Notes: generated by a model from the letters alone, not told the origin. Positions 1 through 9,910 are shown, counted from the stretch's first letter. The stretch: DNA of 64,000 nt from Candidatus Heimdallarchaeota archaeon (GCA_020353515.1 CP070695.1:409173-473172), one strand, 5' to 3'. Made by a program: numbers and translations.

Positions 1-1167
1 TCGTTTTTTGTCACCGACGAGTATTATATCTCCTTCACTATTTTGAAGGACTGATCGGAAATTCGCAACTGAATCAACTCTGAATTTGTGACTCCATTCA
101 ATATCCCCAGAGTTATTAGTCTTAGCTATCCAGAGATCTGAACCTTTAATGATACCGTTTTCGGGAACCTGAATACTACTACCTGTTAGAACAAAACTAC
201 TGTCAGATAATCGAACCAGGTTTAAAAGGTTACTTCTATTCGGACTAAATAGATAATTACTCGTGATATTAAATGAAAACGATTTATTCCATTGAATATC
301 TCCCTTTAGATCTGTTTTAACAAGCCACGGTTGATCTAATTTGCTACCAAAAACGACAAGACTCCCATTGTCTCCAATCATTGAGAAAAGCTTTCCACCA
401 ATTTTCTTTTCCCATTCTATCTTACCACTCTCATCAATTTTCAGCAAATTCCCATCATAAGTTGTAAAAACGAATCCACCATCATTAATTTGGATCATAC
501 TAGTATATTCAATAAAATTCTGGCTATATGTCCGATTCCACTGTGCATTACCTTCGCTATCAGTTTTAAGTAACCACATATTCTCGTCGATTGATGTTCC
601 ATTGTTAGGCAGTGAAACACCTAATAACGCAAAACCTTTATCAGTAGTTTGAATAAAGGAGCTTATCTCACCTTCAGAACTCAGATTGTAAGTCTGCTTC
701 CACTTCAATTGACCATCGAAATCAGTTTTTATAATCATAAAATCTGATCCAATAGCAGGAGGACCGTTTGTTCGACCAGAAATAACAAAACCATCATCTG
801 TCTCAATCACAAAATATCCGAGATCTATTGCATTATTATCCTCTCCATATAGTTCAAGCCAAATGAACGATCCTTCGGGAGTAGTTCTCATTAAAAACAC
901 GTCACTTTGAGGACAAAAATCCTCACATGATGGATAGCGGTTACCAACAACCAAATAATTCCCATCCTTCAATTGAACCAGAGAACGGGGACTATACATG
1001 TCTCTCATTATATAGGTTGTATTCCATTGAATAGAATACAAATCTTTAGTGTCATTAATAGTAGATGCTTGAGAGTCTAGTTTAGAATCCCCTAAATGAA
1101 GATTAAAGAGTAGTAAGGCAGTTAGTATTACTAGATATACTGGTGACAGCTTTTTTGAGATTTTCAA
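1..1167 (-). CDS. Secreted beta-propeller-repeat surface protein, 3' end truncated by window edge (not in ORF track)
   Basis: Hand-translated from TTG at 1167, with GGTGA RBS upstream: MKISKKLSPVYLVILTALLLFNL (signal peptide), then repeated units such as FLMRTTPEGSFIWLELY, IIKTDFDGQLKWKQTY, LLKTDSEGNAQWNRTY. Frame appears open to position 1. Confidence 0.75.
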   Translation of the reverse strand, partial: MKISKKLSPVYLVILTALLLFNLHLGDSKLDSQASTINDTKDLYSIQWNTTYIMRDMYSPRSLVQLKDGNYLVVGNRYPSCEDFCPQSDVFLMRTTPEGSFIWLELYGEDNNAIDLGYFVIETDDGFVISGRTNGPPAIGSDFMIIKTDFDGQLKWKQTYNLSSEGEISSFIQTTDKGFALLGVSLPNNGTSIDENMWLLKTDSEGNAQWNRTYSQNFIEYTSMIQINDGGFVFTTYDGNLLKIDESGKIEWEKKIGGKLFSMIGDNGSLVVFGSKLDQPWLVKTDLKGDIQWNKSFSFNITSNYLFSPNRSNLLNLVRLSDSSFVLTGSSIQVPENGIIKGSDLWIAKTNNSGDIEWSHKFRVDSVANFRSVLQNSEGDIILVGDKKR

Positions 1168-1315
1168 TTGGTTTTCACCAAAAAAGAAGAAAAGATTTTC
1201 AATAAGAGTTTTGTTATAAGAGATTAATTAACCTCTCCCCTATGATTTTAGCAATAGTAATTAATCAACCTCAACAATATATAAATCAGGAAGCAACTTA
1301 TTAGGAATAATAATC

Positions 1316-3085
1316 ATGTTAAACCTTGAAAGGAAGCACATTTTACCTGAGACAAATTTACCTGATATAAACGAATTGTTAGGGAAAGGAGAACAACTAA
1401 GTCAGAGCATAAGTCCTGGCATATGTCCATTTTTGATCACATATGATGTTAAATCCGAGAGTGAGTATAAACGTCTGCGATTATCCGAAGGGACGATCAT
1501 GCTTCATGGTCAGATTGGATATCGTAGTTTTACGAAAAGTAAATTAGCCTATTTCAAGATTTATGATCAAATTGAGGCTGCAGGTTATCGAATAGATCGA
1601 TATGGAATTTGCTTAGATTGGAGTATGGGATATCCCGCTGGTCTAAGGGCAAACATGCCGCGTGGAACTGGGTTAATTCTTAAAAAGAAACAAGATTTCA
1701 TTGACTTAACACACTCTGCACCAGTTGCTCCTCATTTTGGAGATTTCGTCATTGGAACACCTGCTGCTGTTGAGAACACGATTGCTGCGCTAGAGGCAGG
1801 TTCAACAAGCATCGGGAATATTGGCCAATATTTTACCTTCCGTTTACCAAAATGGGACGATGACGTCAAAACGACTGCTGAAACAGTCAAAGCTATGGCT
1901 CTTTGTGCTAATCAATCAACTGACATCATGATTCATTCAAATCTAGACGATGGGTTTGCAGCATTATTCTGTGACATGTCTTGCAGCATTGGGGCTGTAT
2001 TAATAGAGCAATATATTATTGAGGAACTTATTGGGGGTCATGTTTCGCATTGTTATGGTCATACGTTTTCAGATCCATTGACACGTTTAGCATTCCAAAA
2101 AGCACTATATCAGGTGACAACAACTCCAGGAAGTATGGTTTACGGTAATACAACAATATTTGTTGCCAATGAAGTAGAAAATTACGCCAATCTTGCAAGC
2201 TATTTACTTGTTGATATAATTGCTCAACGCAGCTCTCCAACAGGGCATGGATTAAATCCTGTTCCAGTTACAGAAGCCATGAGGATTCCTGAGATCAATG
2301 AGATTATTGATGTCCATCTCTTTGCAAATCGATTAATCCAAAGAGCTGATGGATTTCAAACTTTGATCAACATGGTAGAGGTAGAAAGAACCACAAATGT
2401 ATTAATTGATGCTGGTAAGCGCTTTAAAACTCGAGTTTTGGAGGGACTGGATACAGCTGGAATTGATATTAAGAATCCTTTTGAATTACTCCTTGCGATT
2501 CGTCGAATAGGAGCTAAGAAACTTGAGGAACTGTTTGGGCCTGGGGAATTTCAAGAGGGCCAAATACGCAATAGGAAACCCATTGTTCAAGCAACACCAA
2601 TCGTAGAACTTAAGAAAAAAAGTGAAAAAATAATTTCAGTTTTAAAACAATCCCATGAGGAAAAGTTCCATCAAACCAAGTTTAAAATCTGCGTTGCTTG
2701 TACTGATGTTCACGAATATGGAAAAATTCTTGTTGAAGATGTTTTAAAACGTCTGAATTACGAAGTAATAGATGCTGGAGTTAGTGTTGATCCAGATGTA
2801 GTTGCCAAGCAAGCGAAAGAAGCGAAAGTTGATTTTATTGCTATTAGTACCTATAATGGCATCGCTTTAAGCTACTTACAATCCTTAAATCAAGAAATAT
2901 CACAACTTGGCTTAAATATTCCGATTTTTATTGGAGGAAAACTTAACCAGATTCCTGTGGACAGCCCAACAAGCCTTCCTGTTGATGTGACTGATGAATT
3001 AAGAACGATGGGGGCAATCGTCTGTCTTCAGGTTGAAGATATGTTAGAAAAGATTCTTAAGACAACCAAGGAGAGAAACCAATGA
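1316..3085 (+). CDS. Cobalamin (B12)-binding domain protein with uncharacterised N-terminal domain
   Basis: C-terminal Rossmann-type B12-binding domain with DxHxxG motif (TDVHEYGK), ISTYNG and IFIGG. The ~430-aa N-terminal domain is not assignable. Confidence 0.75.
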   Translation: MLNLERKHILPETNLPDINELLGKGEQLSQSISPGICPFLITYDVKSESEYKRLRLSEGTIMLHGQIGYRSFTKSKLAYFKIYDQIEAAGYRIDRYGICLDWSMGYPAGLRANMPRGTGLILKKKQDFIDLTHSAPVAPHFGDFVIGTPAAVENTIAALEAGSTSIGNIGQYFTFRLPKWDDDVKTTAETVKAMALCANQSTDIMIHSNLDDGFAALFCDMSCSIGAVLIEQYIIEELIGGHVSHCYGHTFSDPLTRLAFQKALYQVTTTPGSMVYGNTTIFVANEVENYANLASYLLVDIIAQRSSPTGHGLNPVPVTEAMRIPEINEIIDVHLFANRLIQRADGFQTLINMVEVERTTNVLIDAGKRFKTRVLEGLDTAGIDIKNPFELLLAIRRIGAKKLEELFGPGEFQEGQIRNRKPIVQATPIVELKKKSEKIISVLKQSHEEKFHQTKFKICVACTDVHEYGKILVEDVLKRLNYEVIDAGVSVDPDVVAKQAKEAKVDFIAISTYNGIALSYLQSLNQEISQLGLNIPIFIGGKLNQIPVDSPTSLPVDVTDELRTMGAIVCLQVEDMLEKILKTTKERNQ

Positions 3086-3855
3086 TTGAGAGTGTTGGAA
3101 TCATTGGCGTAGGGCATCTAGCTAGTTATATTGTTGGAGGGTTGAGGAGAGCGTCACATGAGATTAAAATCATTCTGTCCCCACGCAATATCAACAAGAG
3201 TAAGGACTTAGCTACACGATTTGGAACAATAATTGCACAAAATAACCAAGATGTAGTAAATAGTGCAAATATAATTATCATTACCACTCGTCCAGAAGAT
3301 ACTATTACAGTTTCTGAAAACCTAAGATTTCAAACTGGACAGATAGTCATCTCGATGGCAATAGGTATAACGCTCGAGAATCTAAAATCTTCAATAGCAC
3401 CTGCCACAGTAGTACGAGCAAACACCATATCTTGTGCTGCAATAAATCAAAGTCCAACCCTCTTATTCCCAGATAATCCTCAAGCTCGTACTATACTCGC
3501 TTTGCTAGGCCAAGTCCATGTTTTACCAGATGAAGCATGTTTCACTTCTGCTAGTGCCATCGGGGCTTTTTATGGATGGATTTATGCATTATTAGATGAA
3601 ACAATTTCATGGACAACTCATACCGGAGTACCACAGCAAACTGCTCGAAACGTTGTTCTTGAAACTGTACGGGGAGCAGTGAATATGGCGTTAAATGAAC
3701 CAAACTCAGATCTAAAAGCTATATTAGCCACTCTGGCCACTCCAGGGGGTATTACCAAACAAGGACTTAATGTTCTACATCAAAAACAGAGTTTAGAGGT
3801 TTGGACAAACGCGCTTAATGTTGTCCATAAGCGACTGAGTAATGTAAAGAAATAG
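3082..3855 (+). CDS. Pyrroline-5-carboxylate reductase-like NAD(P)-dependent reductase (divergent ProC family)
   Basis: GIIGVGHLA dinucleotide-binding loop; C-terminal ATPGGIT dimerisation motif; ATGA overlap with the upstream gene. Confidence 0.8.
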   Translation: MIESVGIIGVGHLASYIVGGLRRASHEIKIILSPRNINKSKDLATRFGTIIAQNNQDVVNSANIIIITTRPEDTITVSENLRFQTGQIVISMAIGITLENLKSSIAPATVVRANTISCAAINQSPTLLFPDNPQARTILALLGQVHVLPDEACFTSASAIGAFYGWIYALLDETISWTTHTGVPQQTARNVVLETVRGAVNMALNEPNSDLKAILATLATPGGITKQGLNVLHQKQSLEVWTNALNVVHKRLSNVKK

Positions 3856-3868
3856 CATAACTAAGAAT

Positions 3869-3891
3869 AAAAAAAGAGGAGGGAAAGAGAA
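3869..3891 (-). terminator. Pyrimidine/oligo-T terminator of the ABC operon
   Basis: Minus strand reads TTCTCTTTCCCTCCTCTTTTTTT immediately after the 3892 stop, between convergent genes. Confidence 0.55.
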
Positions 3892-5256
3892 CTAGGTTAA
3901 GATCCCTTCACGCTCAAACACCTTCGAAGCAATGAACAAGCAGACGAGAATCACTATGATTAAGAAGCTAAAGTGGAAAACTAAATCCATAGCGATTCCA
4001 CCATAAGGTAAATCACGAGTTAATGCATTAGAAGCATAGGTTTGGGGATATAAGCCTTTTGATAAAATTGCGATTGAATGAGCCCAAGGAATTATGTATA
4101 GAATAATTCCAGCCCCACCAAATGCTCGTTCAGGGATACCTCCAAACATTCCTATAAAACCAACACCCATGGCAGGCACCATCATAAACATATTATACAT
4201 TGACTCTGCAGAGCGGACATCTTTTGTTAAAGATGCCACTGAAATACCTATCCCAATAGCAACAAATGCTGAGAGAAACATCATAGCTACAGTTAGGACT
4301 AACATAGTTATTGATGGTTCAATAGCAAAGATCGTCGCATATTCTTCAGAACCAACAGACGCAGCTGCGATATCTATCATACCTGCAAATAGAAAAAGAC
4401 CAACTACATTCATTAGGGCAAAAACACCAATAAGAACCATACCAGCGAGAAGTTTTGAGAAAAGAATGTTGAATCTTGAGATGGGTAATGCTAGAAGTGA
4501 TTCCATAGTTTTCTTTTCCCTTTCACCAGCGAAGGAAGTACTCACGAAAGGAGCTGGCGCTAGAACAGCAACCATAATTGAGATCATACCGATAAAACCA
4601 ACGCCAAAACCCGAGGCAGCACCCTCTTCTCTTGGAAAAACAACTGGTCGTGAAGAGAATAAGACCAATTTGTCTTGATCAGTGGGAACATGATAAGTAA
4701 AGGGAGGTTGGTAGATTATTGACGCAATTCCTGCCTCAAGCATTGTAGATCCTAGTATTCCACTCGGGAGAGAGTATAATTCTATTACTGGGGGAATATT
4801 TGAGGCAGAAGAGGTTGCATTATAACTTAGATACGCTTCTGTAAAATTTGCATGTAAGATAATACACGGAGTATAATAACTAGCAGTTCTGGAATTATTT
4901 ATTTTCTCTACTAGGACAGAATAGGACAAATCTGCGTATTTTGTGGAATTAATTGTTGCCCCATACAATATAGAATTATTTGTTTGAGTAGCATTTTCAA
5001 GCATCTCTAGAAATATCTCACTAAGCTTAAAGCTGTGAGTTTCATTTATTTCAATACCTTCATCATAACTAACAAAATAAATGGTTACACCTTCTTGAGA
5101 AGAGCCCATGACGAAACCCATAAGCATCTGAACCCCTCCTTGCAATCCCCACATGAAAAGGGGCATTAAAACAAATGTAAAAATCACATATCGGGTTCTT
5201 CTCGCGCTTTGTAACTCTTGTTTAACCAAGGCCATAATTTGTTTAACTGTACTCAT
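3892..5256 (-). CDS. ABC-2 type exporter permease (NatB-like)
   Basis: N-terminal TM, large extracytoplasmic loop, then several TMs; SFAGEREKKTMESLLALPISR..ILFSK signature. Confidence 0.85.
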   Translation of the reverse strand: MSTVKQIMALVKQELQSARRTRYVIFTFVLMPLFMWGLQGGVQMLMGFVMGSSQEGVTIYFVSYDEGIEINETHSFKLSEIFLEMLENATQTNNSILYGATINSTKYADLSYSVLVEKINNSRTASYYTPCIILHANFTEAYLSYNATSSASNIPPVIELYSLPSGILGSTMLEAGIASIIYQPPFTYHVPTDQDKLVLFSSRPVVFPREEGAASGFGVGFIGMISIMVAVLAPAPFVSTSFAGEREKKTMESLLALPISRFNILFSKLLAGMVLIGVFALMNVVGLFLFAGMIDIAAASVGSEEYATIFAIEPSITMLVLTVAMMFLSAFVAIGIGISVASLTKDVRSAESMYNMFMMVPAMGVGFIGMFGGIPERAFGGAGIILYIIPWAHSIAILSKGLYPQTYASNALTRDLPYGGIAMDLVFHFSFLIIVILVCLFIASKVFEREGILT

Positions 5257-5260
5257 TTCA

Positions 5261-6076
5261 TCACCTTCGCCTTAACAATCGAGATATTACTCCACGCTTT
5301 GGTTTAGTGGGTAAATCCCCTTCTAAAACACCTTCTCCCGTCGTCAAGCCAATAAAAACGTCCTCAAGATGAGCTTGGGTGAATTGTTCCTCAAGTTCAT
5401 CAGGAGTACCAATCGCAGCAAGTTTTCCTTTTACTAGAATCCCAACTCGATCACAAAGCTCTTCAACTTCGGTTAAATCATGTGTAGTCAGTATTACTGT
5501 TTTGTGTAGTTCTTTAGCTAATCTTTTAATTAAATTTCGTACTGTTCGAGCACCTAGAATATCAATACCAGTTGTAGGTTCATCAAGAAAGATTAAATCT
5601 GGATCCATAACCAAAGCACGAGCTACGAGGACTTTTCGTTTCATCCCACCAGAAAATTCTTTTGTAACATCGTTCTCACGCCCTCGAAGACCAATCATGT
5701 CAATTAGGTCCTCAGTTCTCTGATGAACTTCTCCATTTGGCATATTACCATAGATTTGTCCATAGTACATAATATTCTCTTTTGCAGTTAAATTTTCGTA
5801 CACTTCTGCCTCTTGAGGTAAGAGGCTTGCCTTTTGTCTGATCTTCATCATGTCTTTCTTAATATCAAAAGGACCCAAACCATCGTATTGAATACGAGCG
5901 GTTCCAGAAGTAGGTTTAATTAATCCAATCAATAACCGAATGAGGGTGGTTTTTCCCGCTCCATTAGGACCGAGGAGACCAAATACCTCACCTTTCCTGA
6001 TAGTAAGAGAGACATTATCTAAAGCTACGTTGTTTTTGAATCTTTTTGTAAGGTTTTCTATTTCTATGATGTTCAA
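5261..6076 (-). CDS. ABC transporter ATP-binding protein
   Basis: Walker A GPNGAGKTT, signature FSGGMKRK, Walker B IFLDEPT, H-loop TTH. Confidence 0.95.
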   Translation of the reverse strand: MNIIEIENLTKRFKNNVALDNVSLTIRKGEVFGLLGPNGAGKTTLIRLLIGLIKPTSGTARIQYDGLGPFDIKKDMMKIRQKASLLPQEAEVYENLTAKENIMYYGQIYGNMPNGEVHQRTEDLIDMIGLRGRENDVTKEFSGGMKRKVLVARALVMDPDLIFLDEPTTGIDILGARTVRNLIKRLAKELHKTVILTTHDLTEVEELCDRVGILVKGKLAAIGTPDELEEQFTQAHLEDVFIGLTTGEGVLEGDLPTKPKRGVISRLLRRR

Positions 6077-6249
6077 ATATTATTTCACTCCGCTTGTTTT
6101 ATAATAATTTGTGAATTTCTTATTTTTTCTACAATTTTGCTTGATTCGTCATCATACAGACATATTTGTTTCTTCTAACTTCTTATTTTCCTATTTTACC
6201 ACGATTTTTTAAACAGATTTAATGCGGAACTAAGGAATAATGAAGAGGA

Positions 6250-6927
6250 TTACTTCGAAAGAATCCTCTTAATCTCTTGTAATTCAGCTAGCATTTCCAT
6301 GTGGAAACCTGATCCCTTGGATGGAGGGGGGGGAGGAGGTTCAAGTTCAGTCGCAGTTGCATATTGTCCCCGAAACTGACGAAGCATATCTAAAATGAGA
6401 TCCCTGACTTCAATGAAGTTTCTAATTCCCTCAATTTTCCCTTCGGGACCCATTTGTTGACCTGACTTGCCAGCAGTTTCAATTTCACAAGTTCCAATCC
6501 TAAAAAAACTATCGTAAATCCCATATCTAGAGCTCACATTGGTGATAGTCCGGAATGGAATGTGTTTTACCTCTTTATTGATCACACCTTTCTTAAGGAT
6601 GACCTCATTGTCCAGAATAACAAATTCCATTGTTCGTACATAATAATCTATCAAAGCGAAAAGAATTGGTATCAAGCACAACCAAATGAGAAAGTACACA
6701 AACACAAGACCTATCCAGTTAGCAGAGATCCAATGTCCAAATTCATCCCCAGAGGGATCACTATCAAAACCACTCACAAATGCAATGAAAGAACCAAGGC
6801 CAAATATGGCTGCTGTAATTACAAAAAATGCGGTTATTACATATAGAAAGAATTTATTTCGGAGAGCGGTTAGCGGATAGAAGGGTTTTCCTTTCTCAAT
6901 TTCTTCTAAATACATTTTTTCAATCAC
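6250..6927 (-). CDS. bPH_2 (bacterial PH domain) membrane protein, YdbS-like
   Basis: Two TMs, then KKGVI..KHIPFRTITNVSSRYGIYD..IGTCEIETAG; C-terminal MLAELQEIKRIL helix. Confidence 0.85.
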   Translation of the reverse strand: MIEKMYLEEIEKGKPFYPLTALRNKFFLYVITAFFVITAAIFGLGSFIAFVSGFDSDPSGDEFGHWISANWIGLVFVYFLIWLCLIPILFALIDYYVRTMEFVILDNEVILKKGVINKEVKHIPFRTITNVSSRYGIYDSFFRIGTCEIETAGKSGQQMGPEGKIEGIRNFIEVRDLILDMLRQFRGQYATATELEPPPPPPSKGSGFHMEMLAELQEIKRILSK

Positions 6928-7601
6928 CGATTTTTTGCTAGGATTTCTTTTATCTTTCTCAATTCATCAAGTACTTCCTTTTGAAGAACAATATCACCAA
7001 TTGCTTCCTCATAATGAGTGGGTTGTTCAACCTCGGTCGTGGTCGCATATTGTCCTCGGAATTTCCTCAATTCACTTAAAACAACGTCTCGAACTTCTCT
7101 AAAATTTCTAATCCCTTCAATTTTTTCTTCAGGTCCAGTTTGTTGTCCTGATTTACCAGCTGTCTCTATTTCACAGGTTCCAATACCAAATATTCGATCA
7201 TAAATGCCATAGCGGGATGATACATTCGTAATGGTTCGGAAGGGGACATGCTTTATGGTTTTATTGATAATTCCCTTCCTCACAATAACTTCTGTTTCTT
7301 CAATGATATATTCTATGTTTCGCACATAAAAGATAACTAGGATAGCCGCGAGAAGCATCAAGATCACGCTAATGATTAAATACCAAGAAATTAATTCCTG
7401 ACTATAATCTGTTAGCCATTTCCCAAAACCATCACCAGAGGGGTCTTCATCCAGACTTACAAAAAAAATAATTATTCCTCCAAAAGTAATAATAATTCCT
7501 GTTACAACGATGAAGGTCGTTATTATATACAGGAAAAGCTTATTCCTGAATGCAGATACAGGGTAGAATGGTTTTTCTTTTTGAATCGTTTTTATTTGCA
7601 T
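6924..7601 (-). CDS. bPH_2 membrane protein (tandem paralog)
   Basis: Same architecture; KHVPFRTITNVSSRYGIYDRIFGIGTCEIETAG is nearly identical to the neighbour. Confidence 0.85.
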   Translation of the reverse strand: MQIKTIQKEKPFYPVSAFRNKLFLYIITTFIVVTGIIITFGGIIIFFVSLDEDPSGDGFGKWLTDYSQELISWYLIISVILMLLAAILVIFYVRNIEYIIEETEVIVRKGIINKTIKHVPFRTITNVSSRYGIYDRIFGIGTCEIETAGKSGQQTGPEEKIEGIRNFREVRDVVLSELRKFRGQYATTTEVEQPTHYEEAIGDIVLQKEVLDELRKIKEILAKNR

Positions 7602-7612
7602 CTTTTAATCAC

Positions 7613-8293
7613 CTAAATCTTCTTATTTTTCAACAATCGTTTAATATCTCTCAATTCATTGACCATCTCCCTCTGTACAGTAGAAAGATCGGTTTCATCG
7701 TGAGTAGGAACTTCACTTCCCGAAACGGCCCTATAATAGATTCGAAGTTGTCTTAGGATATAATCACGGATTTCATGATACAGAGGTAAGCCCTCCAACT
7801 TTTCCTCAGGACCAGTCGCCCCACCTTTGCCCGCAGTTTGAATATTGACGCAACCAATACCGAGAAGACGATCCAAAGGTCCTGCAGTTGTTGAAATATT
7901 CGTAACGGTTCGATAAGGACAATATTTGATAGTTCTGTTAACCAGTCCTTTTTTCACAATCACCTCATTACCATGCACAATAAACTCCATTCTATTCACG
8001 TACAACGGTAGCAGAATTAGTGAAGGAAGTATAGTTGCAAAACTTATAGCCCAATAAATTACTGTAAACACAATCTCGAAATTTGCTGGTTTAGGTTCGT
8101 CTGCAACAAATTGAATAAACCACCCGAGTAGTATAAATCCTATACTCACAAATACCCAAATAAGAAATACCGTAAGATAGTATTTCCATAAAAGAGCTCG
8201 TGTTGGGTAGATTCGTCGCACTTCAGGGGTTGGATATGTTCCTTCTCCTTTGATAATTTTAACTTGAGACATTTCTTTCATTATACTAATCAC
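7613..8293 (-). CDS. bPH_2 membrane protein (third paralog)
   Basis: Two TMs; KKGLVNRTIKYCPYRTVTNISTTAGPLDRLLGIGCVNIQTAG; C-terminal MVNELRDIKRLL. Confidence 0.85.
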   Translation of the reverse strand: MISIMKEMSQVKIIKGEGTYPTPEVRRIYPTRALLWKYYLTVFLIWVFVSIGFILLGWFIQFVADEPKPANFEIVFTVIYWAISFATILPSLILLPLYVNRMEFIVHGNEVIVKKGLVNRTIKYCPYRTVTNISTTAGPLDRLLGIGCVNIQTAGKGGATGPEEKLEGLPLYHEIRDYILRQLRIYYRAVSGSEVPTHDETDLSTVQREMVNELRDIKRLLKNKKI

Positions 8294-8771
8294 CTTCTCC
8301 TTTCACCCATCCTTTCTCCTGAATTTCTGAGAAGACGTAACGAAATTGTTCTAGGATAGGTAAAGATGCCTGATCGTTTGATAACATGATATTCCGTTCT
8401 CTTTTGATCAGATTGAGAGTCTCCTGACAGTCTGGCTGACATTTATCAGAGCAATGATGTTCATACCAGGCTAAAATACCTTCTTCAGTCGTAAAGATGA
8501 TATAAACCTTTGTATCATTCGTCCAGTCGTAAGAGACCAGTAACCCGGCATTTTTAGGTATTTTTGCCAAATCAGAATCTAATCGTAGACTCTTGGCGAT
8601 GTTTTTCAACTGTGTCTCAATTTTCTTCCGAACCACAACCCTAGTTTTGTAAATACTATTTGGATTCTCCCTTTTCAGCTTTCTCGCGATGTCTTCCGCA
8701 GACATTCCTTCATTAGTAAGTCTAAGTACTTCAAACTCGTAATCCGAGAGAAAATTTGGTTTATGAGACAT
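8286..8771 (-). CDS. HTH transcriptional regulator with C-terminal His/Cys cluster
   Basis: LuxR/sigma-r4-like N-terminus (LSDYEFEVLRLTNEGMSAEDIARKL); C-terminal WYEHHCSDKCQPDC; first gene of the bPH_2 operon. Confidence 0.7.
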   Translation of the reverse strand: MSHKPNFLSDYEFEVLRLTNEGMSAEDIARKLKRENPNSIYKTRVVVRKKIETQLKNIAKSLRLDSDLAKIPKNAGLLVSYDWTNDTKVYIIFTTEEGILAWYEHHCSDKCQPDCQETLNLIKRERNIMLSNDQASLPILEQFRYVFSEIQEKGWVKGEGD

Positions 8772-8776
8772 TAGTT

Positions 8777-8813
8777 CTTACCGTTTAAAGGTAAGGTTTA
8801 CCTTACATATAAG
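8777..8813 (-). promoter_or_regulatory. TATA box plus palindromic operator of the regulator/bPH_2 operon
   Basis: Inverted repeat GTAAGG-TTTA-CCTTAC (8791-8806) and overlapping CTTACC-N7-GGTAAG (8777-8795), directly downstream of minus-strand CTTATATG (8806-8813). Confidence 0.6.
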
Positions 8814-8880
8814 ACTTTCTATTGGGGAAGGTAAGGTGAAATATTTTATCCATCAAAGAAATAAGAGTAGATGATCTATC

Positions 8881-9906
8881 ATGGGAAAACAAAATGAAAT
8901 TATTGATCCTTCTAATTTATTCAATGAAGATGGATCACTAGTTCAACGTGGTTGGTCGAAAAAACCCATTTTAAACTACAATAAGGAGAATATTGGAAAG
9001 AGATGGACTCGTATCAAAGAGTGGGATCATTTCTCAGTTCTAAACAAACAGTTTGGTTTCCAGCTTACGATTGGAGACATTGGGTATCTAACTCAAATGA
9101 GTTTTGTTTGGCTTGATTTTGAAAATAAAACGCGATACGACAAAGGAACTTTTAAATTTCTCACTAAATCGAAAATTTTACCACTAAGTTCACTAATAGA
9201 TAGCCACATTGAGTTCCCGACTAAAAAGTTTCACGCGACAATCTCAAAGCAAAAAGAAAAACGAGTATTAGCAATTGATGACCCTTCATTTCTGAAAAAA
9301 GGATTGAAAGGAACCATAAATCTTACTGATGATCCGAGTATGGATAATACTGTTGTAGTAATTGGATATGAAGACGATCCAAGACTCTTTTATTATAATC
9401 ACAAGATAAATTATATGCCCGCTGAAGGAACTATCAAGATTGGGGATAAAACCTATGTATTTGACCCAGACTCGTCATTTGCGTTGATGGACTGGGGACG
9501 AGGAATCTGGCCCTATAGAACTCATTGGCTATGGGGATCAGCGTGTGGAATCGTTGATAACATTCCAGTGGCTTTCAATATAGGTTATGGGTTTGGAGAT
9601 TTATCTACCCATACCGAGAATATCGTTTTTTTTGATGGTAAAGCCCATAAAATAGATGAAGTAACCTTTCATCACGAAAATCGTGACCCCACCAAATCTT
9701 GGACTTTTACTAGCAATGATGACCGATTCAACATGATTCTGAATCCACTTCTTCCACATCGAGAAAAATTAAACTTAGGATTGATTTCATTGAATTCATC
9801 TCTTCTTCATGGTTTATATTCAGGTAATATAGTCTTGGATACAGGAGAAAAAATTCAGATTGAGGAGATGCTAGGTCATGCAGAGGATATCTATTGGCGA
9901 TGGTAA
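8881..9906 (+). CDS. DUF2804 family protein
   Basis: GWSKKP..RIKEWD, FYYNHKINYMPAEG, DWGRGIWPY..WLWGS, TENIVFFDG..HK, GHAE..W motifs. Confidence 0.8.
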   Translation: MGKQNEIIDPSNLFNEDGSLVQRGWSKKPILNYNKENIGKRWTRIKEWDHFSVLNKQFGFQLTIGDIGYLTQMSFVWLDFENKTRYDKGTFKFLTKSKILPLSSLIDSHIEFPTKKFHATISKQKEKRVLAIDDPSFLKKGLKGTINLTDDPSMDNTVVVIGYEDDPRLFYYNHKINYMPAEGTIKIGDKTYVFDPDSSFALMDWGRGIWPYRTHWLWGSACGIVDNIPVAFNIGYGFGDLSTHTENIVFFDGKAHKIDEVTFHHENRDPTKSWTFTSNDDRFNMILNPLLPHREKLNLGLISLNSSLLHGLYSGNIVLDTGEKIQIEEMLGHAEDIYWRW

Positions 9907-9910
9907 TCAA

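Noticed and set aside
6250-8293. bPH_2 proteins as eukaryotic-signature PH domains
   Set aside because: The motifs match the widespread prokaryotic YdbS-type family, not eukaryotic phosphoinositide-binding PH domains.
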